Origin: Octopus vulgaris
Taxonomy: Eukaryota
Assembly (NCBI GenBank): GCA_951406725.2
Contig: OX597817.1
Coordinates: 67,084,001 to 67,148,000, forward strand
DNA: 64,000 nt
Direction: 5' to 3'
Shown here: piece by piece, positions 39,150-53,678 of the stretch
How positions within the stretch are numbered: the first letter of the stretch is position 1
Layout of the letters: every line of letters begins with the position of its first letter
Made by a program: the position numbers and the translations under genes
The notes under the pieces: model-generated
What the model was told of the DNA's origin: nothing
Seen by the model: the letters and a program-made list of their open reading frames with translations, nothing else
The model's database searches: none

Positions 39150-40922
39150 TGTGACTGTGCGTGTGTATTTGTTTGGAGAGAGGGTGAGAGAGAGAGAAAG
39201 AGAAAGAGTATAGACGTTCTTCCGGTCATAAATACAGAATAATTGTAACCAGACTTTCCTGCGAGACACTGGGTGATAAAGAAACAATGTATACTTTAAT
39301 TACAATTGGGGAAATAATTTTTGCAAACATACTCTGTATCAAGTTTCTACCTTTGCTTCTGCTTCAACCTTGTAAAGTATTTTCATGAGTCATACCTCTA
39401 AAGTGAAAAAAATCAAACAACAAGAAGAAAATGCACCATTTTGAATGAAATTGTTATTCAATCGATATTAGTAGTGATTCAGCTAAATTATAAATTATAA
39501 ACGATTTAAAATTTTGCTGTTTTGTCAAACATGCATTTTCATAAAAATTAATGAGACTTATTGAGTGCAGCAGGAAATTGAAAACCGAGATATAAACACT
39601 TTTTTGACAAGATTACATCTTTACCTTCGTCGAAATGTTCAGCGTTTTTCACTGTCAAACAAGTGCCGGCGACATCGAAGTGTTAAAATCGGCAATAACT
39701 TATAACTTATTTGTGATTGGGATAATTAAGGCAACGAGGTGATAGAACCGTTAGCCTGTCGGACAATATGCCATACAGTATTTCTATTGGCTCTTTACGT
39801 TTGAGTTCAAATTTTTGGTTCTTTTTTTTTCTTTTGTCTTTCGTGGGGTGGGGTGGGGGATAAAATAAGTACCAGTTGAACATTGAGGTCGATGTAAACT
39901 GGTGGCCTTGTGTCACAATTTTTAAATCATTTATTATAAGCAGAATTGGAAGAGCACCGACAAAAATGCTTTGGAACATTCATTTGTGTCACTTTAAGTT
40001 CTTCAGTTCAGTTCCCATCGAAGTTGATCTTGCCTTCGTTCTTTCTTTTAGAGGTCGATAAAATAAGTAACAGTCAAGTACTGGAGTTACTTCCGTCCTG
40101 ATCTGGTCTTTCGTCTAATTTTGAAATCAATTAATTTACAACAAAATTGCTTCAGGTGTCTTTAAGAACGAATAGTACGAGTTGTGTGTCATGGCCATAG
40201 ATACAATCAATTACTAATATCTAACCCGAATTGTGAACCTGTCAGTTTGTTATCCGCTATCTTATCAACGTGACCACCTTGCTTATAATACAATACATTT
40301 AACATTTGCCATTATTTATCATCATTAAGGTGTTGAGCTGCCAGAATCGTTAACGCGTCGGACAAAATTCTTAGCAGAATTTCTTTCGGCTCTTTACGTT
40401 TTGGTTTCAAATTCCACCGTGATCATCTTTGCCTTTCAACCTTTCGCGGTCGATAAGGTAATCGTCTAAACCCCTTCCCACTAAAAGTTGCTGGTCTGGT
40501 GGAAAAATTTGAAACTATTTATTATAGTTGAATTAATGCCAACAAAAATATAGGGAACATTGAAAAAGACCGAAAAAAAATTTTATGGTGAAAGAAAAAC
40601 GAAACAATATTAATCTTGATTAATATAATTTTAATAAATTTCATTAAGGATGACACCTTCACTCATATTTTGATATCATTATGACTTCGTCAGCGAAACA
40701 TGGAATTCACCGGTGAAAGTTTTTTCTCTTGTACTTGCCAAAATAATAAAAAATTATTACTGTTTGTGATTGACTAATATTGTGTTGCTTCACCGAGTAT
40801 AGATTTCTAATTAACTGCTTAAAGTTCTTTACAGTAAATATATTAACACAATAAGCATATCCAACCTAATTTGTGTGTGCTGCTTATAACGCCGTAGACT
40901 GCTGTAAACGTCTCGAAAAATT

Positions 40923-41301
40923 ATCTCGCGTAGACTACAAAAAAAAAGCATAGAGAATATCGTTTGACGATATTTCGTCAGCATCATGGATGGCACTGTT
41001 AAATCTTGTGATTGCACCGTAAATTGCGGATCTTGGGTAAAAGGCAGCCAATACAAAGGCTACTACTGCTGCTAATAGATAATTGATACACCACTCTCCA
41101 GCTTTTCGTGTCATCACTGACTGTTTAGACAGTGTTAAACTATATCTGTTTGACTGATTTTCAATCTAGTATTCGGTATTTGGCTACCTATTGTTGATGA
41201 ATCACAATTTACGGTGAAATCACGTGATACAACAGCACCATCCACTGGTGCTGACAAAATTTCGTCGACCGATAAAATCTGTGCTTTTTAGTACGTGAGA
41301 T
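40923..41301. mobile_element. Old MITE-like element with ~130-bp diverged inverted arms
   Basis: 40923-41054 aligns to the reverse complement of 41176-41301 at roughly three-quarters identity (by eye). Confidence 0.7.
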
Positions 41302-41532
41302 GTTTTGTCCCTCAATTGAAGCTATTTCGCTTCTTTGACACCGTTAACACTCTTGCGAGAGGCATAGACATCATCACTACATTCCATTCTTTTCTTCCTT
41401 TAAAATAGAGGCCCGTGGAGCTGAGGCAAAACCTATCTGTTATGACGGAGTAACTGAAAACACGAACTTTAGATTTGCTGGTATTATTTCCAGTAAACAA
41501 CAACAACAACAACAACTACAACTACTACTACA

Positions 41533-41596
<64 letters not shown>

Positions 41597-42028
41597 AGAG
41601 TGATTTATCCTCGAATAATGGGAGATAAATAAACTTATAAAGTATATTTATATAATTTTGCAGGTCGTGAAGAAAGTGAATTGACAATAACCCACTACCC
41701 AACCAACCAACCAACCAACTAGCAAATCGACTACTAAACTAATTAAGAGAGATTGTGGTTTTGGCTTGTCGGTTGTCTACGTCTTGGTCTGCCGACAGTC
41801 GTCACACGTGTCTGCACTCACTACAATGAAATGAAGCGACAACCTTTAACCGTTTGGCAAAGTCTTCCTTTGAAATATTATGAAGTATAACATTAGTTTG
41901 TCAAAGCAGTACAAGCAACAAACCGAAAAGAAAACCTCTGAGTGGTAGCTCGTGTTGCTAGAAATTGTAATCGAATCTTCCTCAAATCAAATTCTGTCAC
42001 CTAAAAGAAAAAGTGGGGACACATTAGA

Positions 42029-42390
42029 GGCGCAGGAGTGGTTGTGTGGTAAGTAGCTTGCTTAACAACCACATGGTTCCGGGTTCAGTCCCACTGCGTG
42101 GCACTTTGGGCAAGTGTCTTCTACTATAGCCTCGGGCCGACCAAAGCCTTGTGAGTAGATTTGGTAGACGGAAACTGAAAGAAGCGTGTCCGTGTTTGTC
42201 CCTCCAACATCGCTTGACAACCGATGCTGGTGTGTTTACGTCCCCCGTAACTTAGCGGTTCGGCAAAGAGGCCGATAGAATAAGTACTAGGCTTACAAAG
42301 AATAAGTCCTGGGGTCGATTTGTTCGACTAAAGGTGGTGCTCCAGCATGGCCACAGTCAAATGACTGAAACAGGTAAAAGAGTAAAAGAG
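42029..42390 (+). mobile_element. SINE family B reference copy (tRNA-like head, CORE-like segment, no internal SSR)
   Basis: GGCGCAGGAGTGGTTGTGTGGTAAG head, GGTTCAGTCCC B-box-like motif, TTGGGCAAGTGTCTT core, (GTAAAAGA)n end. Confidence 0.9.
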
Positions 42391-42777
42391 AGTAGATAAT
42401 GTACACTGTCAGAAAAAGACGTAATGGTGAAGGTTGGGATACTTTTGATCATAGGTCTACTTCATCAGGACTTGCTGAAAGAATTAATTATAACTGTTTT
42501 ATTAATCAATGTTTTTAAAATTATTAACAATTTTAGCTAATGAGCGAGCTTCTATGTAGTTCCTCAATCTTTAACTGACAGCCAGAACAACAACGACTGA
42601 AGAGTGGTAACGTTTGAGAACTTAGTTCAGTGTTAACATATTTGTTGAGCGTCAACGATTCGGCATAACACAAGTGTACCCGCTCCCAATCGGATATTGT
42701 TTCCTCATAACAAGTATTTGCTCTAAAAACTTTTTCTGAGGTGTGTGAAGAGTTTCCAATAATTCGCACGAAATTAT

Positions 42778-43113
42778 TTTGTTTCCTCGTAATTTTCAGA
42801 AGATCGGTATAATTTAATGAAATTTTCTATAAATACCTTCAGATGGCGCAGATTACAATTATATAAGAATTTTTGTGGTGAAGAAAAAAATAGTGGGCAT
42901 GCACACATACATACTGATACACATCGCATAATTATTTTCAAAATTTCCAGTTTTATTTTGTAGATAATATGTGATGTGTATCAATATATGTGCTCGCGCC
43001 CTTCATTTTGTTTTGACATTAAATCCCGATATAATCCTATTCTACACTATCTCAAAGGTATTTGTAGATAAACATGTAGATGACCATTTTTCTGAAAGTT
43101 ATGAGGAAACAAA
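42778..43113. mobile_element. Foldback MITE (nearly whole-length imperfect palindrome)
   Basis: Ends TTTGTTTCCTCGTAATTTTCAGAA / TTCTGAAAGTTATGAGGAAACAAA; inner pairs continue to a centre near 42948. Confidence 0.75.
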
Positions 43114-44285
43114 TTCGAAGGCACACTTGTGTAGCTTTACCAAATAAATCATATTTAGTAATGCTAAAGAAATCAATTAGAAGTACTGATGTGGTGATGA
43201 ACACACAGCAATACTGATATTATTAACTCAAAGAAAAATATTTTAATCATCTCTTCGCATCGACGTGATTTCTGGTTCAGTCCCACCTCGCTGCACATAG
43301 AGCAAGTGTTTTCTCGAAATATCCCAGTCAATGGCTCGTAATTGCATTTGGTAGGCGGAAACTGCATGGAAGCTGGTCACGCACACGCACACACACAAGG
43401 CGGTGCTCCAGCATGACAGTATCCAAATGGCAGAAACGAATGAAAGAATAAAAGAATGTGCGTGTGTATGTGTGCGTGTGTGTGCGTGTGTATGTGCACA
43501 CACATACAAATATGTATATATGTATGGACCCTTGTATTTGTGCTTGTCCCCACATCGCTTGACAACCGAAGTTGGTTTCTTTTCGTCCCAATAACTTACC
43601 AGTTCAGTTTACGACAATCCAATAGAATAAGTACCAGGCTTAATATAAGTACTGGGGTAGATTTGTTCGACTAATCTTACAGTGCTCCAGCATGACCTCA
43701 ATCCATTGAATGAAACACAAAATGGTAAAAAAAGTATGTAAGAGAAACAATTCTGTACATGTTTCGATGTAGTGCATTCATCATACTTGCCACAGTGCAT
43801 GTGTGGGATAGGATATTCGAGCGTATTGAACAAAAATAAAAAAAATAAACAAAAGCAACAAACGTTGAGGTTAATTACTCAGGGACGACATCCGCGTAAA
43901 AAAGTATTGTTGAGTTCCAGCTAACATATTCATTGCAGGGACCGTAAAAAAATGAACCTTAGAAATATATTTCAGAATGTAATCTACGTATGTATTTCTT
44001 CAGAGTTTTCAATTCGGGTTATTTAACTTTTATAGAATTGTAGAGCGAACACTCGTCGCCACAACCACCATTCACCCACTCAAACACACCCGCACATACT
44101 CGCGCACGCACGAACACACACACACGCGCGCGCGCGCGCAACACACATATACAGATCGTTCACTAGTCTATTTATAAGCTTTCTCTCTCTCTTTCTCTCT
44201 CTCTCTGTATTTACACACATACATAAATACATATATATATATACATACATATATACACATACGTACATACATACATATATATAAT

Positions 44286-44330
<45 letters not shown>

Positions 44331-44744
44331 GAATATATGTTGTTGTTGTTGTTGTTGATGGTGTTGCTTTCTCTTTTTTCACACCTCATCCTGACATTGG
44401 AAAAATATCAAATCTTGGCTTTTTGCGCTAATTTCCTAAGAAAGTTTACTTTTTCTGTAATGGTTTGCACGAGTCGACCAGATTAAAAGAGAGTTTAGCT
44501 GCCTTGGTGGACTGGAAGTTTTCTCTTAGTATATACATTCATTATAGAGCCAATGTTACGAAACCTAATTGTAAACATTTCTTTTTCTTCTTTTTTCTTC
44601 TATTTTTTCATTTTCTTCTTTCCTTCTTCCTTCTTTTCGTTTTTTGAATTTTTTCCTTGTTTCTTTTTTTTTACTTTCTTCTTCTGTTTCTTCTCTTCTT
44701 CTTCTTCTCCACTCCCACCTCCTAAACCAAAAAAAGGGACCCCC

Positions 44745-44920
44745 TGAGCAGTTGCTCGATCTGCGAAGTAATAGAAGTGAAATTCAAATTTAAACTCCCT
44801 CAAATCATGTCATACTGTCTTAAGACAAGTAGGTTCCACAGGACAATGGAACCCTGAATATACAAAAAGACGGGGGTGGTCATGGCTGGCACGTCTTTAA
44901 TCATAGGTTCGGTTTCAACA
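44745..44920 (+). repeat. Unclassified ~200-bp dispersed repeat (other copies near 7690, 33770, 41940/42395, 48130-48420, 50000)
   Basis: Shared CTCAAATCA..CTGTCTTAA and TTTGATCATAGGTCTGCT-like segments. Confidence 0.55.
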
Positions 44921-45429
44921 ACAACTGATTCCAGAGACGAAATTGATGAGAAAATATTCCACTTCTCGCGGTGTACATGTGTTTATCTGTTCACTGTCTA
45001 TCAGCCTCTTTCCTTCTCTCTTTCTCTCTCGCTATCTCGCTGCCCCTCTTTTACCCCCTTCTCTCTCTCTCTACCTGTCTGTCTCACTCTTTATCTATCT
45101 CTCTTTATCTTGTTATATATTTTCTTCTTTCACTTTCTCGGTCTTGCTTCTTCTCTCTGCATGCTTACACATGGATATACACGCGTGTTTGTGTGTGCGT
45201 GCAAATAATCCTTGTAGTGTCATGTCTTACATACAAGGACATATTTTCCAGATTTATTCAAATAATTTTGTCACCAGAGTGCCTGCTACAAAAACAAAAT
45301 AGTCACAATGACTGTTTAGTAAGTAGTTAAATGCATGCTATATATATTAGGGTGCTAAACTTCCATGAAGTGATGTGTTTTTACTTTTAAAACATCCAAT
45401 GATCGCATTTCCTTGGTAAGTGATAGGAA

Positions 45430-46110
45430 CTTGAACCTTGCTCTATTTGCTTTCATATCCTATTTTTGATATGCTTTGTTCAACTGACTATATTCGATTT
45501 GTCATAGTTTTTACAGTTGTGTCGTTAACATATCTAATAACTATGAATAGGTCGTCATCGTCGACAGATGCTAGACTTTATCCAAATTTAAGTTTTTTCA
45601 TAAATTCCAGGAAGATATCGAAAACTGCAGACAACAGAAAGTCTCTTTCTCTTAGACCTTCATTCACTGCAAACCAATCCCTCTGCCGACCCTTAACGTT
45701 CACGACACACAGTATTGTTATTTAACACATCTACAATTCTGTTTGGGCGTACACCTTTCATTTTCATTATCTTCAATAAAGACTTCTATAGATGGTGTCA
45801 AAGTCAACTTTGAACTTGATGAAGTTGAAATGCAAGAGCAGTTGATACTTTTTCGTTAACAATTTGAAGATAAAAATAGCATCTATTGTACATTTTCTGG
45901 GTCTAAAACCAAATTGACTATCTCCTGTCGCTTCTTCACCTTTGCTTTTCATTCAGTAGAAGAGAATACTGCTGAATACTTTACCCACAGAGAAATCAGC
46001 CGAGAATTGTTGGGGTTTTTCATAACAAACCTTCTTAAGTATTGATGTTACTAGCAAACGAATCCAGAAGTTTGGTTTCTTCTTTTTCTGTGTCACGGGT
46101 CATCAGCACG
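45430..46110 (-). mobile_element. Decayed RTE-type LINE RT fragment
   Basis: QFGFRPRKCTIDAIFIFK, FIKFKVDFDTIYR, WFAVNEGLRERDFLLSAVFDIFLEFM, IRYVNDTT (decayed YADD). Confidence 0.8.
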
Positions 46111-46151
46111 GCAGTTGCCCCACCCTGTCTCTAGAAGATAAAGGCACCTAG

Positions 46152-46206
<55 letters not shown>

Positions 46207-46854
46207 TATACATACATAGCAAGTTGGGTTATGTAATCCAGGCGTTTACTTCATGAAGCACTTCTAAAGATAGTGAAAATCGAAATGGGGAAGCTTCCTT
46301 ACAAAACTACTGCGCCAATAATTTGAAAATCCACAAATTTCCGTAGAGTATATATAATGAAAAACATCGAAGAATAGTAACAACATGAGGCAAGATTGGT
46401 TAAAATGTGAGTTGATGAAACAATTGTAAACAATGTAGGAAAAGGAATATCACTAACTTATTCTTGAATGGTTTTTACTGTATGTATGTATGTATGTATG
46501 TATGTATGTATGTATGTATGTATGTATGTATGTATGTATGTGTGAGTATGTATGTATTTATGTGTGTATGTATACATATATGCATGTATGTATATACGCA
46601 TGTGTGTGTATGTATGTGTGTGTGTGTAGTGAGTGTGTGTGTATACGAAAGAGAGGGAGAGCAAGAGGAAGAGAGAGAGAGTACGAGAAAGAGAAAGACT
46701 CATTCATCCACTCATCTACTTATTCACAACAGGAAAATATGTTCTTTTCCAGAGAGCTATTGACCATTCTTCTTTGTAATCAATGTCCACTTTAAGAAAT
46801 GTAGTACGTCATAATGTCATATTTTTTCAGAAAAGTCGACATCACTTTCCAGCA

Positions 46855-46919
<65 letters not shown>

Positions 46920-46988
46920 CTACCTTTCGCTCTTTTTCTCCCACTTTCTCTTTTTCTCTTTCTTTTTCTTTATGTATGTATGTATTAT

Positions 46989-47345
46989 GTTCTTCTCATT
47001 TTCTTTGAGTAAAATTTGACCTACTTGATAGCAAGGTTTTTAACCATCATCCTTTAAATCTTAAGAAGGCCTTGTAGATTTTGTACGTATGTATGCATGC
47101 ATGTATGTAAGTATGTATGTATGTATGTATGTATGTATGTATGTATGTATGTATGTATGTATGTATGTATGTATTATGTATGTATGTATACATGCATGTA
47201 TGCATGTATGTATGTGTGTGTATGTTCTCTTTCCTTCTTTAATTTAGAGTAAATTTTGACATACTTGGTAGCAAGATTTTAAAGAAAAAAAGCATCTTGT
47301 TTTAGCCATCATCCTTTAAATCTTAAGTTCTTGCAGATTTTGTAC
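46989..47345 (-). mobile_element. Two short 3' ends of the (CATA)n-associated RLE element, separated by (TATG)n
   Basis: KIYKAFLRFKG* and KICKNLRFKG*, plus a UTR matching 21925-22050. Confidence 0.7.
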
Positions 47346-47874
47346 GTACGTACGTACGTATGTATGTGTATATTTATGTATGTGATGTATTATCTATGCA
47401 TCTACTGGGCTCCTTTTTGTGTGTGTTTTGTAACCATCTACCCACCATAATAATGCCTGTCTGTCAATCTAAAGAATTACCTCACATTTCACTCCTACCT
47501 ACACATACCCTGCTCCTGCTTCTCCTCGATTCCGTTTCTGATCCCTTAACCACTGTTTCCTTCGCTAGTCTCACAGTCTCCACATTTATGCTTACTCAGA
47601 ATTAAATTACAAGATGGAATGAGAAAAATGTATTGCGATATAATAAGTCTCTTTTCACAATAACTGTTTATGTTTCGTTAGAGATAACTATGCTTCAACT
47701 TCCACTTAAATAAGCATCTATATTTTTTTGTAGTTACCTTAATTTACTTGAAACAATTTGTATGGTAGCTTCAACATTTGTTTTCTTAGACTGATGTATT
47801 TAAAGGATTATATCTAAACTTGCTTTAGACAAATCCTAATTGCTTTGAATATTCCAGACTTCGTTTTATTATTA

Positions 47875-47948
<74 letters not shown>

Positions 47949-48598
47949 TTGTAATATTTCCAGAAATATAACAACATTCTTCTGTTGAATACACTTCGGT
48001 GAGCTAATTCAACAACGCTAAGATATGTAACTCCGTAACAGATACCTCAAAACAGTACATACAAGCAAGGAAGAGAGATTAAGGATGAAAACAGGAGAGT
48101 TGTTATTGGTCACTGTTGCTGTTGCTGCTGCTTTTTAGTTTCAGGTGTGCTCTGTTCAAGTGGGCCTACGATCAAAGGAATTTCAATTGGGACAATCCCG
48201 CCTTTTTCCTCTGTGTAGGAAACCCGGAACACACTATTTCTCATGTCCATTTTCAAGACGATCGAGTGTGATTTCAGGAAGGTTTAATTTCATTTCCTTC
48301 TTAACGGATCGAACGACCGCGTAGAAATTCTGTGTTTTTGTTGTTGTTTAGTCCCACCTTAACCCTGTTCAAGCAGACTTACGATCAAAGACATTCCAGG
48401 CGTGACTGCTCTATCATTTTATGTGCAAGGAGCCCAGGACATTATCCAACGTGTCCTACACACACAAACTCAACACATGTGTGTGTGTGTGCGCGTACAG
48501 AAATATGCATTATATATATATATATATATATATATATACGTTTAAATATTTGTTGTGCAAGATTTTTTATGTGAAGTCGTGTGTTGAAACAGATATTG

Positions 48599-48826
48599 TT
48601 ATATTTCGGAATGGTCATATTGCCAGTTTAGCCAATAAAAACACACGCACTATATATTTGGTGTTATTTTGCTTCAGTGATATTTATTTTTTACATTAAT
48701 CTTAATCTTATTTCGGCCAAAGTTCTTTCGTCACACTCCTGTAAAAAATAAATATCACTGAAGCAAAATAACACCAAATATATAGTGCGTGTGTTTTTAT
48801 TGGCTAAACTGGCAATATATTCCGAA

Positions 48827-48832
<6 letters not shown>
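48599..48832. repeat. ~95-bp inverted repeat (48599-48695 / 48740-48832)
   Basis: Arms identical except a 4-nt indel; 44-bp spacer; lies between (TA)n tracts. Confidence 0.92.
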
Positions 48833-48885
<53 letters not shown>

Positions 48886-49199
48886 ATGCATACATACCTA
48901 CACATTTTGGCTGCAATTCATTTTCGAGTTGATTTTTCTCTTCATCATGTGACTTTCCAGCCCTGCTAGGGACTTTTTTTGTTTTGTATAGATGTGGCGG
49001 GCGCCTCTGCAGTAGGTGTTACAATATTGTTTTAGGGAACCTTTATAACACGTTTCAATCTGCCTTAGGAACAACAGACAAAGGGAGGTTGTTGACTATA
49101 GCAACCTGCCCATGTTTGTTGTTTCTAAGATATTTCTAAGGCCATTTTCACTTAAACAGACACGGCTACATTCGTTACCTATTCAAATGGGTCGTGAGC

Positions 49200-49625
49200 C
49201 AGCATACTCAGGCATATTCAAACATATCTCTTGAGCTTTTCATAATACGATTTCGTTCGAATTTGCTCCTCCCATCATGCACTTCTTTATTCCACGATAA
49301 ATGATATAGAACGACGTTTTCTCATCCGTTTTCCAAAATTGTTACCTTCTTCAATGTATTCATGATACAGTCCTTATATTTTACTTTCAGTTTGTGCGAT
49401 GGTCTCTTACCCTAGGCTTACTAACCATTGTGGAATTTGCTTACAGATCTGATTATCTTCCATCCTGACCACAAGACCATTCCACCGTAATCGATGCCGG
49501 CAGACCAACTACATTCGAAGATTATGTCCAGAGCCGCGAATTTTGTGCCCCAACAAAGGGTTGACCTGATGTATGAGTGAACATTACTTTTGTCTTCTTT
49601 AAGCTTATTGTGAGGCCAAATGTAA
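49200..49625 (-). mobile_element. Decayed RTE-type LINE fragments
   Basis: FGLTISLKKTKVMF and GKRPSHKLKVKYKDCIMNTLK..SWNKEVHDGRSKFE. Confidence 0.7.
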
Positions 49626-49665
49626 TACATACATACATACATACATACATACATACATACATACA

Positions 49666-49699
<34 letters not shown>

Positions 49700-50137
49700 C
49701 ATGCATGCATGCATACGTACATACACACACACATATATATAGGTATCTCTATGTATACTTACAAACATACACAAACTTAGGACACATATACATATAGACA
49801 TACATGCATATATAGACATGCATGCACACGCATATATACATATAGACATGCATGCATAAATGCATACATACACGCAGAGCTCAAAATATATGATTGGTTT
49901 TCTGTATGATAGTAGAAAAGATTTTATCCGAGATGTGTAAAGAGCGTGTGGAAAGAAATTAGAACCGTAATTCGTGGAGACGGAAAAGAGTGTCTTTTTG
50001 TTCTCTAACCTAAAGCCAGCCCTGATCAAACAAATGTATGATTAAGAGCATTCCAGCCAAGACGACTCTGTCTCTTCTATTTTCAATTTTTTTTTTCGTA
50101 CACTTATTTAGAAATACAATGTCTTTAGTATCTTTAT

Positions 50138-50297
50138 GAGTGGCTGTGTGGTAAGTAGCTTGCTTACGAACGACATGGTTCCGGGTTCAGTCCCATTGCG
50201 TGGCACCATGGGCAGGTGTCTTCTACTATATAGCCTAGTGCCAACCAAAGCCTTGTGAGTGGATTTAGTAGACGGAAACTGAAAGAAGCTCGTCGTA

Positions 50298-50384
<87 letters not shown>

Positions 50385-50554
50385 CAACCGATGCTGGTGT
50401 GTTTACGTCCCCGTAACTTAGGTTCGGCAAAAGAGACCGACAGAATAAGTACTAGGCTTACAAAGAATAAGTCCTGGGTTCGATTTGCTCGACTAAAAGG
50501 CGGTGCTCCAGCATGGCCACAGTCATGAATGATTGAAACAAGTAAAAGAGTAAA
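50138..50554 (+). mobile_element. SINE family B
   Basis: Matches 42029-42390, with internal (TA)(TG)n. Confidence 0.9.
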
Positions 50555-51204
50555 GACGGTATGATTTAAGGTAATTTGGTTTCTCTTTCTTGCAAACTGA
50601 GCGTCTGCATAGAGGTTATTTCTTGGTGGCTTATGGAAGGTTGTTACATCTGTGGCATTAAATTCAAATGTAGGACTAAATATTACTGGCAGAGCACTGA
50701 ATACGAAATGCCTTTTGTGTGATTCTGATAAAAGTCAGTTTGCTTCTCTTTTTCTTCTGGTTGTGGTCAACAAAATAAAAAACCAGTAAATAGTGAAATA
50801 GAGATAGAGAGAGGGGGAAGCGAAAGAGAGGAGAGAACGCCTTCACAAAAATCCATTGAGTGTGAAAGGAGTAGAGACGTCTACTTCAGCCTAAAGGCAT
50901 ACATTTAAATAAGAATCAATATCTCAAAACACTTATTTATTCATTTATTTATTATCCACTTCAAGCCAATTGGTTTCCTTAAATGTCATATATACATACT
51001 CAGATACATGTGTGTGTGTGAGTGTGTGTGAGTGTCTGTGTGTGCGTGTGTATGTGCGCTGTGTGAGTGTCTGTGTGCATGTATGTGTGTGTGTGTGTAT
51101 GCATGTGTGTGTAAATATATATTTAGATTTATATATATGTGCGTATTTATATATGTATATATACATGCATATGTGTGCATATATATATATATATATAGAG
51201 AGAG

Positions 51205-51254
<50 letters not shown>

Positions 51255-51286
51255 ATAGCTAGATAGATAGATAGATATAGATAGAT

Positions 51287-51400
<114 letters not shown>

Positions 51401-51433
51401 GACAGACAGATAGATAGATTGATAAATAGATAA

Positions 51434-51526
<93 letters not shown>

Positions 51527-52204
51527 TGTATATATAAATGTATATATTTACCTAAATATATATGTATATGTATTTGTGATATATATATATACATACATAT
51601 ATATATACACACGTACAAGCGCGCAGGCACACACATATATACGCACATGCTCCTGCATACACACAGACCCTCACGCATGTGTGTGTATGTGTGTGTGTGC
51701 GTATAAATCCTTGACAGACGGCTCCAGTATTTTTTATTGTCATTTCTGACTTCTCTTTTACCCAGAGAATCTAGTGAAGTGAAAGAAGAGTGATGTGGAA
51801 GTTAGGTTCATTCAAAGTTCACAACAAGTGAAAATAATGGGTTAGCCTCCTCATTCCAAAGCTGCAGGGGGAAACTGATTGGATTAAACTGGCTGTAGCT
51901 ATTTCTGACTTCACACCTGACGCTATATTTGGTTTCGTTCTTTTTTGTTTCCTTACAACGTTTCCTGAAGAGCTTTTAGTGTACGATATTAGTATGTGTA
52001 AGGAGGACTGTTGTATCTGTTAACTGTGCTGTTTTTGTTAAGCATAATTCAACCTGTTACCCGGTAAATATTACATCACCTTCCCTTCTGTTGTCACTGT
52101 GCGAAAATACCTTTTAAAATTTTGTGTGTACGTGTGTGCATATATATATACATATATATATATATACATACATACATATATACATACATACATAGATACA
52201 TACA

Positions 52205-52270
<66 letters not shown>

Positions 52271-52512
52271 AAAAATGAAGTTCGAAAATGCTGCTGTATT
52301 ATACAATTTTTAATTTTTATATATACATTATATGTTTCAGTTCCTGAAATGAACCTTATCAAAAAAAGTTATATATAAAAAGAGACAGCTCATGCCGTCA
52401 AACACAAGAAATTCATTTATAATACACAACGGAGTTAGACATCTTAGAGTTCATGTATAGTTGATATATAGTTCATGTATAGTTGATATATAGTTTGAAG
52501 TATATGTTCAAA

Positions 52513-52553
<41 letters not shown>

Positions 52554-53678
52554 TTAATCAGCCGAAATTGCTACGATGATCGGTTCTTGACTGAAGATTG
52601 AAGGCTTCGAATGTCCCGTATCGTCTTCTTAATGTTTTACGTTCTTGTCCTAGTTTGTATTTTTCTACATAAAATAATATATATATATATATATGTATGT
52701 ATATATGTATGTTTGTATGTATGTATGTATGTATGTATGTATGTATGTATGTATGTATGTATGTATGTATGTATATGTATATATGTGTGTGTGTGTTACA
52801 GAAAATAAAGTAGCGCAAGATAGCTGTGAAGACAACCTAGAAATTTGGGTAAATCATACCCCTGGAAAATTTTCTAGGTTGTTTTCACAGCCATCCAACG
52901 TTCGAAATTTACTTTATTTTCTGTAAAATAAAAACCCATACGATGCTTTATATGTTGAAGTCGCCCGTGCAACTTGTTTGTGTGTATATTCTTTTCTGCT
53001 CTAGACACAAGGCCTGAAATTTTTGGAGAGTTGGGGCCAGTCGATTAGATCGACGCTTGACTACCGGTCTTGATTTGTTTACGTGCCCGTAACTTAACAG
53101 TTCGCCAAATAAACCGATAGAATAAGTACCAGATTTAAAAGGAAAAATAACTGTGATCGATTCATTTGACTAAAAATTCTTCAAGGCAGTGCCGTTGCAG
53201 GACCGCAGTTTAATGACTGAAACAAATAAAAAGTAGAAATAGTTAAAGTAATTTTAACAAATGATAATTTTAAGTCACTTTTTAAATATCATAATTAATA
53301 CATATGGTCTCTGATGTAAACATAAAACCAGCACCTTTCAGGGAAATGGGATTAGTCGATAGCATCGACACTAGCACTTGATTGTAATTCTGCTCTGTCG
53401 GTTCTGAAAGGATGACATACAAATTTGACTGCATTTGAACTGGCCCTTGAATCATAAGCAGTTTCATAATCTGGTTTTAATTTTTAATGGGGAAAGTAAA
53501 ACCTTCAATGATGACCAGTTTGGTGTTTGGTATCGCGCTCAATACCAAAATTTGGAATTAACCTTTTTAGGATCTTTCATAACTCAATGCATATCTTCCT
53601 TTCTCTCACTTTACACGCGTCCCTGTAGCTCAAATGTTGTAATCTTAATGTAGCAACGTTGCATTCCTTCGAATTAAT

